63,042 nucleotides of DNA from Kiritimatiellales bacterium (GCA_030625905.1 DAOUQA010000001.1:1-63042), one strand, 5' to 3'. Shown: positions 22,032 through 33,727, counted from the first letter of the stretch. Notes: generated by a model not told the origin, from the sequence alone. Made by a program: numbers and translations.

Positions 22032-23598
22032 CGTCTCCATTCTTTTCAACCTGTTCCACGGTGTCGTGGATGAAGCGCAGGATCTGGCGGACGGTGACCA
22101 GCCCGAAGCCGCCGTCCTTCAGCCGGATCGGCACGTGGCGGTGCCCGCTGATGGAGAGGATGTTGATCACATCGCCGATGGAGTTTGTCTCATCCATGAT
22201 TTCGTAGATCGGCCGCATGATCGCGGAGATCGGCAGGCGGTCGCGGTCGATGGAGGTGAGTACCACGTTCTGGATGATGTCGCGTTCGGAGAGGACCCCA
22301 TAAAGCCGCTTCTCGTCGCCGACGAGAATGCACTCGATCCGGTTCGCCGTAAAGTTGGCGATGGCCGTCGATATGCTGGCGCGCGGCGAGAGCATCTTGA
22401 CGCGCTTGTAGTCGTAGTCGTAGAAGATTTTCCCGATGGTGGTTTTGAGGCTGGCGGTGAGCGGGTCGGTGGATTTAAGCAGGTCGCGCACTCGCTCGTC
22501 CATGACTCGCGACTCGTCGGAAAACTGCACGCGGATGCCGCTGGAGCGCTTGATTTTCTTCCCACCGCCGGAAACCGTCCAATATTCGGAACCGCGCAGC
22601 AGCGCCTGCAGGTTGCGCCGCCCCTTCGAGGCCGTCACTTCCTTGATTTGCTCTTCGAGCGCCTGCTCGTACACAGGCTTTTTCGCCGCGTGGAAGATGC
22701 CGACGGGGGTCGGGAAGTCGGGGTGGGCCATGTCGGTGAGCATGGCAACATAGACCGGGTCTTCGCTGAAGATGTCGTGCACCACCAGGTCTTTCTTGGT
22801 AATGCCCTGTTCGCCGATCATCACCACTTCGGGCTTGGTGCCCTTGAGGATGATTCCCTTGTTGCGCTTTTCGCCAAAGATAAGTGGCTTGCCCTGTTCA
22901 AGGTAGAGCAGTCGATCCTCACGGCAGGAGCGGTCGGAAACATCCTTCCACGCATCCTTGTTGAAGATCACGCAGCTCTGGAGGATTTCGACAAACGCGG
23001 TTCCGGCATGTTTCGCGCCTTCCAGCAGCACCCCGGTGACATGCTTGGGATCGGTATCGACCGCGCGCGCCACGAAAGTCGCCTCGGAGGCCAGCGCAAT
23101 GCGCAGCGGATTGAGCGGCTCTTCAAGCACGCCGTATGGACTCGTCTTGGTGATCTGCCCCTTTTCGGAGGTCGGACTGTACTGCCCCTTCGTCAGGCCG
23201 TAGATCTTGTTGTTGAGCAGAATAATGTTCATGTCGAGGTTGCGGCGCAGCGCATGGACGAGGTGGTTGCCACCGATGCTCAAGCCGTCGCCGTCGCCGG
23301 TGATGACCCAGACCGACAGCTCCGGGTTGGCGACCTTCACGCCGGTCGCGATCGTCGGCGCGCGCCCGTGGATGGAGTGGAACCCATAGGTATCGAGATA
23401 GTACGGAAAGCGGCTGGAGCAGCCGATGCCGCTCACAAACACAAATTTTTCCTTCGGGATGCCAAGCTGCGGCAGCACGTTCTGCACGGCGTTGAGCACC
23501 GAGTAGTCGCCGCATCCCGGGCACCAGCGCACCTCCGACGACGAGACGAAATCCTTGCGGGTCAACAGTTTGTTTTTCTTTTCCATGATCGCTCCCAT
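22018..23598 (-). CDS. korB: 2-oxoacid:ferredoxin oxidoreductase beta subunit fused to a C-terminal CBS-domain pair
   Basis: WCPGCGD, SGIGCSSR, HGRA, GDGDG TPP motif, YGLTKGQYSPT; C-terminal LYGVLSERDI and GHRHVPI CBS-type motifs. Confidence 0.93.
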   Translation of the reverse strand: MGAIMEKKNKLLTRKDFVSSSEVRWCPGCGDYSVLNAVQNVLPQLGIPKEKFVFVSGIGCSSRFPYYLDTYGFHSIHGRAPTIATGVKVANPELSVWVITGDGDGLSIGGNHLVHALRRNLDMNIILLNNKIYGLTKGQYSPTSEKGQITKTSPYGVLEEPLNPLRIALASEATFVARAVDTDPKHVTGVLLEGAKHAGTAFVEILQSCVIFNKDAWKDVSDRSCREDRLLYLEQGKPLIFGEKRNKGIILKGTKPEVVMIGEQGITKKDLVVHDIFSEDPVYVAMLTDMAHPDFPTPVGIFHAAKKPVYEQALEEQIKEVTASKGRRNLQALLRGSEYWTVSGGGKKIKRSSGIRVQFSDESRVMDERVRDLLKSTDPLTASLKTTIGKIFYDYDYKRVKMLSPRASISTAIANFTANRIECILVGDEKRLYGVLSERDIIQNVVLTSIDRDRLPISAIMRPIYEIMDETNSIGDVINILSISGHRHVPIRLKDGGFGLVTVRQILRFIHDTVEQVEKNGDVTRK

Positions 23599-23601
23599 GC
23601 C

Positions 23602-25440
23602 CTACAAATATTTTCCGATTTGCTCCACCAGTTCCGAGATCAGGAACGCGCGCCCCTTGACCTTGCTGATGGGTTTCACGTCGACCAGGTATTTAGCGCG
23701 CAGCACCAGCGAAAGCTGGCCGAGATTCATCTCGGGCGCGACGACGTGGTCGAATTGCTTCATCAGCTCGCCGAGGTTTTTCGGGAGCGGGTTGAGGTGG
23801 CGCAGGTGCACATGGCTCACGGCCTTCCCCTCGGCGTGCAGCCGCTCGACGGCCATGGCAATGGCGCCGCGCGTGCTACCCCAGCCCACCACGAGCACCT
23901 TGCCGCTCTCTTCGCCCATCACCTTGGCAGGCGGCAGGTCTTCCGCCAGCCGCTCGACTTTCTCCGCGCGGAGTCGGCACATCTTTTCGTGGTTGTCGGC
24001 ATCGTAGCTCACCACGCCGTCCTCGGTTTTTTCGAGGCCGCCGATGCGGTGCTCGAACCCCGGGCGGCCGGGGATGGCCAGGCGGCGTGCCAGCGTTTTC
24101 GGGTCGCGCCGGTACGGCACGTATTCCTCACCCACCTTGATGGGTTCAATGGAGAGATCCGGGAGATCGGTCACGGTCGGAATCTTCCAAGGTTCGGAAC
24201 CGTTGGCCAGATAGGTGTCGGTCAGCATAATGACGGGCGTGCGGTATTTCAGCGCCAGCCGAGCCGCCTCGACGGCGGTGTCGAAGCAGTCCGCCGGGGA
24301 GTCGGCGGCCACCACGATCACGGGGGATTCGCCGTTGCGGCCGTAGAGCGATTGCAGCAGGTCGGCCTGCTCGGTCTTGGTCGGTAGCCCGGTGCTCGGG
24401 CCGGCGCGTTGCACGTTCACGATTACGAGCGGCAGCTCGGTGATGACGGCGAGGCCCAGCGCCTCGGACTTGAGGCAAAGCCCCGGCCCGCTGGTGGTTG
24501 TTACGCCGAGTGCGCCCGCGAAGGAGGCACCGATCGCCACGCCGATGGCGGCGATCTCGTCCTCGGCCTGGACGGTCTTGACATTAAAGTTCCGATGCTT
24601 GGAAAGCGTTTCGAGGATCGGGGTCGCCGGGGTGATCGGATAGCTGCCGAGCACGAGGTCGCGCCAGCTGTTTTCCGAAGCGGCGATCAACCCGAGCGCC
24701 GTTGCCTCGTTGCCGGTAATCTTGCGGTAGATGCCGTCTTCGAGCGCACGCTGCTGGATGGTGTACTGCGGAATGTCGATGTCCTTGTTTTCACCAACAA
24801 TATATCCGGCCTTCAGCGCCAGGCTGTTGGCATCGGCGACGAACGGCAGATGTTCGCGCCATTTGGATTCGACCCACTCCAACGTCGCGTCGAGTGGGCG
24901 GGAAAAGACCCAGTAGGTGATGCCCAGCGCAAAGAAGTTCTTGCTGCGCGACTTAAGCGCGGGCTTGAGCGGCAGCTCCTTGAGCGTCTCGACAACCAAG
25001 GCGTTGATATCCACCTTCAGCACGCGGAACTCGTCTTCGAGCGCCGGGTCGTCGAGCGGGTTGGTTTCGTACGCCGCCTTCTTCAGGTTGGCCGGAGTGA
25101 AGTTGCCGGTATTGATGATCAGCAGCCCCTTGGGTTCGAGCTCCTTGAGGTTCACCTTCAGTGCAGCGGGATTCATCACAACGAGCGCGTCGGCCTTGTC
25201 GCCGGGTGTCATCACATGCCGACTACCGAAGTGGACCTGGAAACCGGATACGCCGGGCAGCGAGCCGGCCGGCGCGCGGATCTCCGACGGGAAGTCGGGG
25301 AAGGTGACGATTGCGTCGCCGAGCAGTGCGCTGGCGTCGGAGAAAAGCTCGCCGACGGTCTGCATGCCGTCGCCAGAGTCCCCGGCAAAGCGGACGACAA
25401 CGGACTCTTTTTCAATCAAGGTGGATTTTTTTTCGGCCAT
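23602..25440 (-). CDS. korA: 2-oxoacid:ferredoxin oxidoreductase alpha subunit (gamma-alpha fusion)
   Basis: AGDSGDG, YPITP motif, QAEDEIAA, TSGPG, QRAGPSTGLPT. Confidence 0.95.
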   Translation of the reverse strand: MAEKKSTLIEKESVVVRFAGDSGDGMQTVGELFSDASALLGDAIVTFPDFPSEIRAPAGSLPGVSGFQVHFGSRHVMTPGDKADALVVMNPAALKVNLKELEPKGLLIINTGNFTPANLKKAAYETNPLDDPALEDEFRVLKVDINALVVETLKELPLKPALKSRSKNFFALGITYWVFSRPLDATLEWVESKWREHLPFVADANSLALKAGYIVGENKDIDIPQYTIQQRALEDGIYRKITGNEATALGLIAASENSWRDLVLGSYPITPATPILETLSKHRNFNVKTVQAEDEIAAIGVAIGASFAGALGVTTTSGPGLCLKSEALGLAVITELPLVIVNVQRAGPSTGLPTKTEQADLLQSLYGRNGESPVIVVAADSPADCFDTAVEAARLALKYRTPVIMLTDTYLANGSEPWKIPTVTDLPDLSIEPIKVGEEYVPYRRDPKTLARRLAIPGRPGFEHRIGGLEKTEDGVVSYDADNHEKMCRLRAEKVERLAEDLPPAKVMGEESGKVLVVGWGSTRGAIAMAVERLHAEGKAVSHVHLRHLNPLPKNLGELMKQFDHVVAPEMNLGQLSLVLRAKYLVDVKPISKVKGRAFLISELVEQIGKYL

Positions 25441-25442
25441 GG

Positions 25443-25916
25443 CTATTCTCCGGAAACGGTCGGTGCAATCAGGCTGCTGTCGGGTGGAAGGTTCATGACT
25501 TGCAGCGGCAGGTGTTCGCTGATGAAGGTCATCAATCCGCGCACGGACAAAATGCCTTCGACGGTCTCGCCGGTCAGGATCGGCAGGTGGCGGAAACGGT
25601 TGGAGTGGAAGATTTCCAGCGCCTCCTGAACCGTCAGCGCGGGTGTCGCGGAGGCGGGGTTCTTGGTCATGATCTCATCGACGGGGGTGTCGCCCGAAAG
25701 CGTCGATCCGACAAATTCATGCATCAGGTCGCCGTTGCTCAGGATGCCAACCAGCTTTTTCTTGGCGTCGACCACCAGCACGCAGCCGATCTGGTTGTAT
25801 TTCATCTCCTTCACCGCATCGATGATCGACGTACCGGTTTTGACTACAGCCGGTTGCTGCAGGTCGACCTTGCCGATCGGTTCCGCCCAAAAGGTTTCTT
25901 TTTTGCGTTTTGTCAT
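25443..25916 (-). CDS. Stand-alone CBS-domain protein
   Basis: IGCVLVVD..LVGILSNGDL, IMTKNP, FRHLPIL..GILSVR. Confidence 0.92.
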   Translation of the reverse strand: MTKRKKETFWAEPIGKVDLQQPAVVKTGTSIIDAVKEMKYNQIGCVLVVDAKKKLVGILSNGDLMHEFVGSTLSGDTPVDEIMTKNPASATPALTVQEALEIFHSNRFRHLPILTGETVEGILSVRGLMTFISEHLPLQVMNLPPDSSLIAPTVSGE

Positions 25917-25978
25917 GGGGTTTCCTTATTGCGTAATGCGTGACGATTGAGGCGTGATTTCTTTCGCGCGGTCACGCC

Positions 25979-26737
25979 TCACTTTTCACTCATCAGACTC
26001 GCCTTGATAAATTCCCGGTTGAGGCGCGCGATATTTTTCACGTCGATGCCTTTGGGGCAGGCGACGGCGCACTCGTATTCGTTGGAGCAGTTGCCGAAGC
26101 CGAGCTCGTCCATTTTGTTCACCATGTTCGTGGCGCGCTGCGCCCGTTCGGGATGGCCCTGCGGCAGGAGGGCGTATTGGCTGACCTTCGCCGCCGTGAA
26201 GAGCATGGCCGAGCCGTTCGGGCAGGCCGCCACGCACGCGCCGCAACCGATGCACTGGGCCGCATCCATCGAAGCTTCGGCGAGCGCCCGCTTGATCGGG
26301 GTCGTTGCGGCTTCCGGTGCGTTGCCGGTCTTGACGTCCACATAGCCGCCCTCGCAGATGATGGCATCGAGGCCGCTGCGGTCGACGATCAGATCCTTGA
26401 GCACCTGAAAGGGTTTGGCGCGGAAGGGTTCGATCACGATCTGGTCGTTGTTCTTAAACTTGCGCATGTGGAGCTGGCAAAGCGTAGTGCGCTCATGCGA
26501 GCCATGCGTCTTGCCGTTGACCACCGCGCCGCAGCATCCGCAGATTCCCTCGCGGCAGTCGTCCTCAAATGCGATCGGTTCGATCCCGCTGAGCGTTAGC
26601 CCCTCGTTCACGATATCCATCATTTCAAGGAACGAGGCCTCGGTATCGATATCCTGCGCCTGGTAGATTTTAAACTCGCCCTCTTCGCCTTGGTTCTGGC
26701 GCCAGACCTTCAGTGTTACATTAATTTTTTCCGCCAT
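25979..26737 (-). CDS. sdhB: Succinate dehydrogenase/fumarate reductase Fe-S subunit
   Basis: DCREGICGCC, CIGCGACVAACP, CSNEYECAVACP. Confidence 0.95.
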   Translation of the reverse strand: MAEKINVTLKVWRQNQGEEGEFKIYQAQDIDTEASFLEMMDIVNEGLTLSGIEPIAFEDDCREGICGCCGAVVNGKTHGSHERTTLCQLHMRKFKNNDQIVIEPFRAKPFQVLKDLIVDRSGLDAIICEGGYVDVKTGNAPEAATTPIKRALAEASMDAAQCIGCGACVAACPNGSAMLFTAAKVSQYALLPQGHPERAQRATNMVNKMDELGFGNCSNEYECAVACPKGIDVKNIARLNREFIKASLMSEK

Positions 26738-26776
26738 CTTCTTTCTCCTACAAGTCTAAAGCCCAATGCCTAAGGC

Positions 26777-28690
<1,914 letters not shown>

Positions 28691-28700
28691 GAGGGTTCCT

Positions 28701-29366
28701 CTAGTAGAAAAGATAGGCGCGGATCGGGATGATGGCGAAGGTGCCCGCCATGCCGATGGCGACGAGCATGCTGATGAGTTTAATCTTGCTTCCCTTGCGC
28801 GGAATGTAGAGGCCGTAGGTTTGCAACGTACTCTGTAGCGCATGGCTGAGGTGGAATCCGACCGCCACCATGAAGAGGAGATAGAATAGCACCTCGCCGG
28901 TGTGCTGGAACTGGGCGTAGACCATGCCGTAGACATCGTTCACCACGTGGCCATTCAGGTAGATCTGCTCCTTGGGCGCCGCGATCGTGAAGTCGAGCAG
29001 ATGCTTGACGATGAACAGGAAAATCATCCCGCCGGAATAGGGCATCAGCCTTGCCGCCAGCGACCGCTCCGGCGTTGACTTGAGCGAGTGGCGCTTGTCG
29101 CGGGCGCGCCAGTTGGCCAGTGTTACGCGAGTGGCCGCTTCCATGTGGACGATGATCGACACGAGCATCAGCACCTCGATCCCGATCACGATCGGAACGA
29201 GCTGGTGCAGGTGAGCGGCGTAGGAGTTGAATAGATCCGGCCCGAATAGGAACAGGATATTTCCGCCCATGTGCGGGATCAGGAAGAGGAGGAACATGAT
29301 CAGCCCGGAGGTTGCCAGCACCACCTTTTGGCCGATCGAGGAAAAAAACGTCTGCTTAACATTCAT
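28701..29366 (-). CDS. sdhC: Succinate dehydrogenase cytochrome b subunit
   Basis: Five hydrophobic segments with His ligands (HMGGN, VHM, KHL, FHLSHA); adjacent to sdhAB. Start 29366 or 29393. Confidence 0.9.
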   Translation of the reverse strand: MNVKQTFFSSIGQKVVLATSGLIMFLLFLIPHMGGNILFLFGPDLFNSYAAHLHQLVPIVIGIEVLMLVSIIVHMEAATRVTLANWRARDKRHSLKSTPERSLAARLMPYSGGMIFLFIVKHLLDFTIAAPKEQIYLNGHVVNDVYGMVYAQFQHTGEVLFYLLFMVAVGFHLSHALQSTLQTYGLYIPRKGSKIKLISMLVAIGMAGTFAIIPIRAYLFY

Positions 29367-29451
29367 GCATGTATCCCCTTCAGTAACACTCATTCCAACA
29401 TATATACATTAGTATGCCTATAACAATTAAAGGTATTTGGAAATCGATTTG

Positions 29452-29468
29452 TTCACATTTCTTTCACA
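29452..29468. promoter_or_regulatory. Candidate operator: direct repeat TTCACA-N5-TTCACA in the sdhC/malic enzyme divergent region
   Basis: 11-bp-period direct repeat in an AT-rich promoter region; cognate regulator unknown. Confidence 0.35.
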
Positions 29469-29711
29469 AGCCGTCCTGCATCATACCTCACGCTTAATTT
29501 TAGGAAGATTATAAATCCTTAATGTTCATTCATCAAGCCCCCCCTTCATTTTATTCAGATCCCGTCCAAATTCCCTGCCAAGGGTTCCGTTTCCCATAAA
29601 ATTCCCAATAAGAGCCCTATTCAAGCGGGAAACACTCGCTGCGGTTCAAGATTGATTTGTTTCGGAGTGCGGTCATAATCAGGTGCTTAACCGTAAAAGG
29701 AGATGATACAC

Positions 29712-31169
29712 ATGGCTAAGATCGACAACCTGAAACTCGAAAACCTCGATACACTTTTCCCGGAATCCTTTAGCAAGGAACAAATCGCGGAAGGAAAAAC
29801 CCTCTTTCTTAAAGAAGTGGCCGATACCATGCACCGCTTCTACGGCGGCAAGATGCAAACCATCCCAAAGGCCGGGCTCTACGGCTTCAACTGGTTCAAC
29901 GTCTGGTACACCCCCGGCGTTTCCAAGGTGTCCACCACCATCCGCGACGATCCCGACTCCTCGTTCGAGCTCTCCAACCGCGGCAACCTCATCGCCGTAG
30001 TTTCCGATTCCACCCGCGTGTTAGGCGACGGCGACTGCGGCCCCTCCGGCGGCCTCGGTGTGATGGAGGGAAAAGCCTTCCTCATGAAATACCTCGGCGG
30101 CGTCGATTCCATCGCCCTCTGCATCGATTCCCGCGATGAAAACGGGAAGCATGACCCCAAGAAAATCATCGAATTCGTCAAAATGCTCGCCCCCTCCGTC
30201 GGCGGCGTCAACCTCGAAGACATTGCCCAGCCCAACTGCTTCGAAGTACTCGATACCCTGCGCGATGCCTGCGATATCCCCGTCTGGCACGACGACGCGC
30301 AGGGTACCGGCTGCGTCACCCTCGCCGGACTCATCAATGCCGTGAAAGTTGCTGGGAAGGAAATGGGCGACGTCAAAATCGCCATGCTCGGCGCGGGGGC
30401 CTCCAACACCACCATCGCCAGCCTCATCATCCAGGCCGGCGGCGATCCCCAGAAAATCATCATGTGCGACTCCAAAGGCGGGCTGCACACCGACCGCGCC
30501 GACATCGAAGCCGACAAGGCCTTCTACAAAAAATGGGATCTCTGCCAGCGCACCAACCCTGGAAAGATTAACTCCATCGAAGAAGCCATGGAAGGCGCCG
30601 ACGTTTTAATTGCCCTCTCCCGCCCCGGCCCCGACACCGTCAAAAAAGAGTGGATCGAAAAGATGGGCGAAAAAGCCATCGTCTTCGTCTGCGCCAATCC
30701 CGTGCCGGAAATCTATCCCTACGCCGCCAAGGAAGCCGGCGCTTACATCGTCGCCACCGGCCGTGGCGACTTCCCCAACCAGGTCAACAATTCGCTCTGC
30801 TTCCCCGGTCTGCTCAAAGGCGCGCTACTGGTGAAAGCCAGGAAGATTACCGACAAAATGGCCATCGCCGCCGCCCACGCCATCGCCGAGACTGCCGAAA
30901 AGAACGGGCTATCCCCCGACTACATCTGCCCCAACATGGATGAAGTCGAAACCTTCCGCAACGTCGCCCGCGCCGTCGCCATGCAGGCGCAGGAAGACGG
31001 CGTTGCCCGTGTCGAAATGACCGGTGACGAAGTCTATGAACAGGCCAAGCAGGACATCGCCGAAGCCCGCGACCTCACCCAGCACCTCATCGACGAAAAA
31101 TACATCAAAGAGCCAACAACGGACATGCTCGAAGAAGCCTTGGAGAAGGCCATCGCACAAGTGGGGTAA
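29712..31169 (+). CDS. NAD(P)-dependent malic enzyme
   Basis: YTPGV, RVLGDGD, VMEGKA, VNLEDI, WHDDAQGT, GAGAS, CANPVPE, ATGRGDFPNQVNN. Start 29703 or 29712. Confidence 0.93.
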   Translation: MAKIDNLKLENLDTLFPESFSKEQIAEGKTLFLKEVADTMHRFYGGKMQTIPKAGLYGFNWFNVWYTPGVSKVSTTIRDDPDSSFELSNRGNLIAVVSDSTRVLGDGDCGPSGGLGVMEGKAFLMKYLGGVDSIALCIDSRDENGKHDPKKIIEFVKMLAPSVGGVNLEDIAQPNCFEVLDTLRDACDIPVWHDDAQGTGCVTLAGLINAVKVAGKEMGDVKIAMLGAGASNTTIASLIIQAGGDPQKIIMCDSKGGLHTDRADIEADKAFYKKWDLCQRTNPGKINSIEEAMEGADVLIALSRPGPDTVKKEWIEKMGEKAIVFVCANPVPEIYPYAAKEAGAYIVATGRGDFPNQVNNSLCFPGLLKGALLVKARKITDKMAIAAAHAIAETAEKNGLSPDYICPNMDEVETFRNVARAVAMQAQEDGVARVEMTGDEVYEQAKQDIAEARDLTQHLIDEKYIKEPTTDMLEEALEKAIAQVG

Positions 31170-31185
31170 TACATAAGGGATTCTT

Positions 31186-31525
31186 GTGACCAGAAAACAC
31201 CAAGATAATAGAATTAATGCCATTGTTTTGGGTGTAGTGTGTTTAGTGGCAATAACTGCCACGGCCTATTTGTCTTACACATTTTATTCGTCTTATTCAG
31301 GCTGAAAAGTTGGATGCTAAACAACTGACCTCTGAGAACCTTCAGATATCGACATTGCTGGATGAATCACGGATAGCACTGGCCGCAGGCAATTTGGATA
31401 TGGCGGCGGAAAAGGTACAGACGGCACTGACGCTGTCGGCCAACCATCCGGAATCGCAGATCGTTTTAATGCAGGTTGAAAAAGCAAGTGAGCATAGGAC
31501 GCGGGGAATGGAGTCTGAATATTAG
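31186..31525 (+). pseudogene. Frameshifted membrane-anchored small protein with a TPR-like helix pair
   Basis: GTG 31186 (RBS AAGGGA) gives a TM segment ending at TGA 31305; removing one T from TTTT at 31282-31285 fuses it in frame with ORF 31310-31525. Confidence 0.55.
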
Positions 31526-31688
31526 ACCTTCCAAGACCTGAAAACCTGAATGGTGCTCAGTGGCTCTGAGGGGCCCCACTACATCTCTCCCCTCGGAACA
31601 GGTCAGCCCGAGAATTGTAGCATTTGAAAAAGGGCTACTTCGGTATTCATTTTTTGACTTTCATTTGAGACCGTATCCGCGACTCAAG

Positions 31689-32582
31689 ATGCATCCCAAC
31701 ACCTCTATTCGAAACAACCTGCTGGCGATTACGGCTTGCCTGCTGTGGGCGACGCCGTTTGTGTTCGTTAAGTTTACGCTGGAATATCTTCCGCCGCTGA
31801 CGGTGGCGGGGTTGCGCTTTCTTCTGGCGGGACTGATCCAGCTTCCGTTCTGCAAGTCGCCGCTCGGCCCCTTCCGGTTGCTGCGCCGTGAAACGGGTAC
31901 CGTCCTACTGGTCAGCCTGACCCAAACCGCTCTGCTCTACGCGGGATTCTTCTATGCCTTGACGCTGGTACGCGGGGCGCAGGCGGCCATCGTTATCGGC
32001 TCCGGCCCGCTGGTCTCGGCGCTGGCCGCGCACGTTTCCATGCATGATGACAAGCTGACCCGCCAGACCATGGTCAGCATCGTGCTCGGCATGGCCGGGA
32101 TCGTGACCATCAGCCTGGCAGCAAAGCCGTGGGAACCGGTTGGCCTGCGCGAGTTTTTCGGAATAATGATCCTGCTATCCGGTTCCGTCGTTTCTGCAGC
32201 AGGGAACATCGTTGTGGCGAAAAAGCGCGGAACCCTCCCGGTGGTCGAGCTCAACAGCATTCAGATGCTGATCGGCGGCGGCGTGCTTCTGCTCTGTGCG
32301 CTGCCGCTTGAAGGCGCTCCGGCCCTGAACCAGCCGACCGGCTTCTACGGCGCGCTACTATGGCTCAGCTTTGTCTCCGCCGCCGCGTTCGGCATCTGGT
32401 TCCACCTACTCGGTCACATGAAGGTTTCCCGGCTCAATATCTGGAAGTTCCTGATCCCGCTCGTCGGCGCCCTGCTGAGCTGGATCCTCATTCCCGGAGA
32501 ATCCCCCGACCCGCTTTCCCTCTTCGGCATGACCCTCATTATCGGAGGGCTCGTCTATTCCCAGCAAAAAGGTAGTGAATAA
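31689..32582 (+). CDS. DMT/EamA-family transporter
   Basis: About 10 TM segments; LLWATPF, PPLTVAGLRFLLAG, two EamA repeats. Confidence 0.9.
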   Translation: MHPNTSIRNNLLAITACLLWATPFVFVKFTLEYLPPLTVAGLRFLLAGLIQLPFCKSPLGPFRLLRRETGTVLLVSLTQTALLYAGFFYALTLVRGAQAAIVIGSGPLVSALAAHVSMHDDKLTRQTMVSIVLGMAGIVTISLAAKPWEPVGLREFFGIMILLSGSVVSAAGNIVVAKKRGTLPVVELNSIQMLIGGGVLLLCALPLEGAPALNQPTGFYGALLWLSFVSAAAFGIWFHLLGHMKVSRLNIWKFLIPLVGALLSWILIPGESPDPLSLFGMTLIIGGLVYSQQKGSE

Positions 32583-32744
32583 CCCGTAGATCCGCGAATC
32601 CCGCCCTGCTTTGCCTTGCCTTCGCCAACCCCGGTAGCCGTGGTGTGTCGTCTCTTTTCCTTTTCATGAGGTTGGATGAATCCGAATCGAAAAAACAACC
32701 ATGCTTCGGTTTATCGGAATAAAGGGAGGTTGCTGCTGTCAATA

Positions 32745-32760
32745 TGGCATATTTATTGCT
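32745..32760 (+). promoter_or_regulatory. Sigma54 (RpoN) -24/-12 promoter
   Basis: TGGCATATTTATTGCT matches TGGCACG-N4-TTGCW with exact spacing; 55 bp upstream of ATG 32816. Confidence 0.7.
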
Positions 32761-32815
32761 TCCCTTCCATTCTACTAAGCAACACTTGCAACAGAATAAA
32801 TGAAGGGGGCATCAG

Positions 32816-33727
32816 ATGTCTAAACAGAAGAAACCGACCTTTGTAGATGACGGATATGAGATTAACAATGGGTGTCGAATCCGACAGATTGAAATAGTCG
32901 GTGGATTCCATTTCTACCAAGTCACCCTGCAGAGGATCTCCGGAAAACCAATTCGGCGGAGCTTCATCAATGCGAAGCATGCTCGTTCGTTTGCGGAGAA
33001 AGTCGGGAGGAAAGGCGCTGATGGTGGAATAAACGCTTTAGGAGTCATCGTTCCGGGGCGCCTGGATGCTGTTAAAGAAACAGTGCTAGGCCTGGTTAAT
33101 GCAGGCCTCCGCAAAGTAGCCGCCCATCTCTACGCAACTCATAATGCCTCTACCGCCGGCATCGGGACATTGGTCGAGGAGTTCATTGCGGAGAAGCAGG
33201 AGCGGACTGATCGCGGCAAATTGCTACCGGCATCGCTTGTCGATACCAAACACTTTTTGAAGCGCTTCTCCAAAGAATTCGGACATCGGGCGGTAGGTAC
33301 GGTTACCCCCGGTGAGATGGATGGGTTTTTCGACGAGGTGAACGGGGCTACAAACCGGCGGTTGCATCGACTCCACGTTTCTGTATTTTTTACCTGGGTG
33401 GTAGCCCAGAAACAACTCTCTTTCAGTCCGATCGGGCCAACCTTTGTGAATGATGGATATGAGATTAACACTGGGTGTCGAATCCGACGGATTGAAATAG
33501 CCAACGGATTCCATTACTACCAAGTCACCCTGCAGAGGATCTCCGGCAACCCTATTCGCAAGAGCTTCATCACTGCGAATCAAGCCCGTTCGTTTGCGGG
33601 AAAAATCGGGGTTAAAAGCACTGGCGACGGGGAAAAGATTCTGCACTTCATCGATCCGCAGCGCATTCATGCCGTTAAAGCATCAATACTGAACCTGGTT
33701 AATGCAAGCTCCCGCAAAGCCGCTTAG
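32816..33727 (+). CDS. Putative integrase-derived DNA-binding protein: repeat A, core-binding-like domain, repeat A'; no catalytic domain
   Basis: Residues ~7-103 are repeated at ~208-303. The middle (LVEEFIAEKQ..SLVD..LKRF...FG..VGTVTPGEMDGFF...TNRRLHRLHVSVFFTW..KQLSFSP) resembles a tyrosine-recombinase core-binding domain. No R-H-R-Y residues follow. Confidence 0.65.
   Translation: MSKQKKPTFVDDGYEINNGCRIRQIEIVGGFHFYQVTLQRISGKPIRRSFINAKHARSFAEKVGRKGADGGINALGVIVPGRLDAVKETVLGLVNAGLRKVAAHLYATHNASTAGIGTLVEEFIAEKQERTDRGKLLPASLVDTKHFLKRFSKEFGHRAVGTVTPGEMDGFFDEVNGATNRRLHRLHVSVFFTWVVAQKQLSFSPIGPTFVNDGYEINTGCRIRRIEIANGFHYYQVTLQRISGNPIRKSFITANQARSFAGKIGVKSTGDGEKILHFIDPQRIHAVKASILNLVNASSRKAA

Noticed and set aside
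22066-24387. Long antisense ORFs (773 aa here; also 16318-18096, 27185-28732, 13111-14442, 9334-10740 and others)
   Set aside because: They lie opposite well-supported genes, have no motifs and are the expected shadow ORFs of GC-rich codon usage.
28691-28936. 82-aa N-terminal extension of sdhA in the ORF track
   Set aside because: Overlaps sdhC in another frame; the family-typical start is MKLDSKIP at 28690.
29448-29469. Possible Rex operator (contains TTCACAA)
   Set aside because: The left half does not form the TTGTGAA-N4-TTCACAA palindrome; it fits a direct repeat better.
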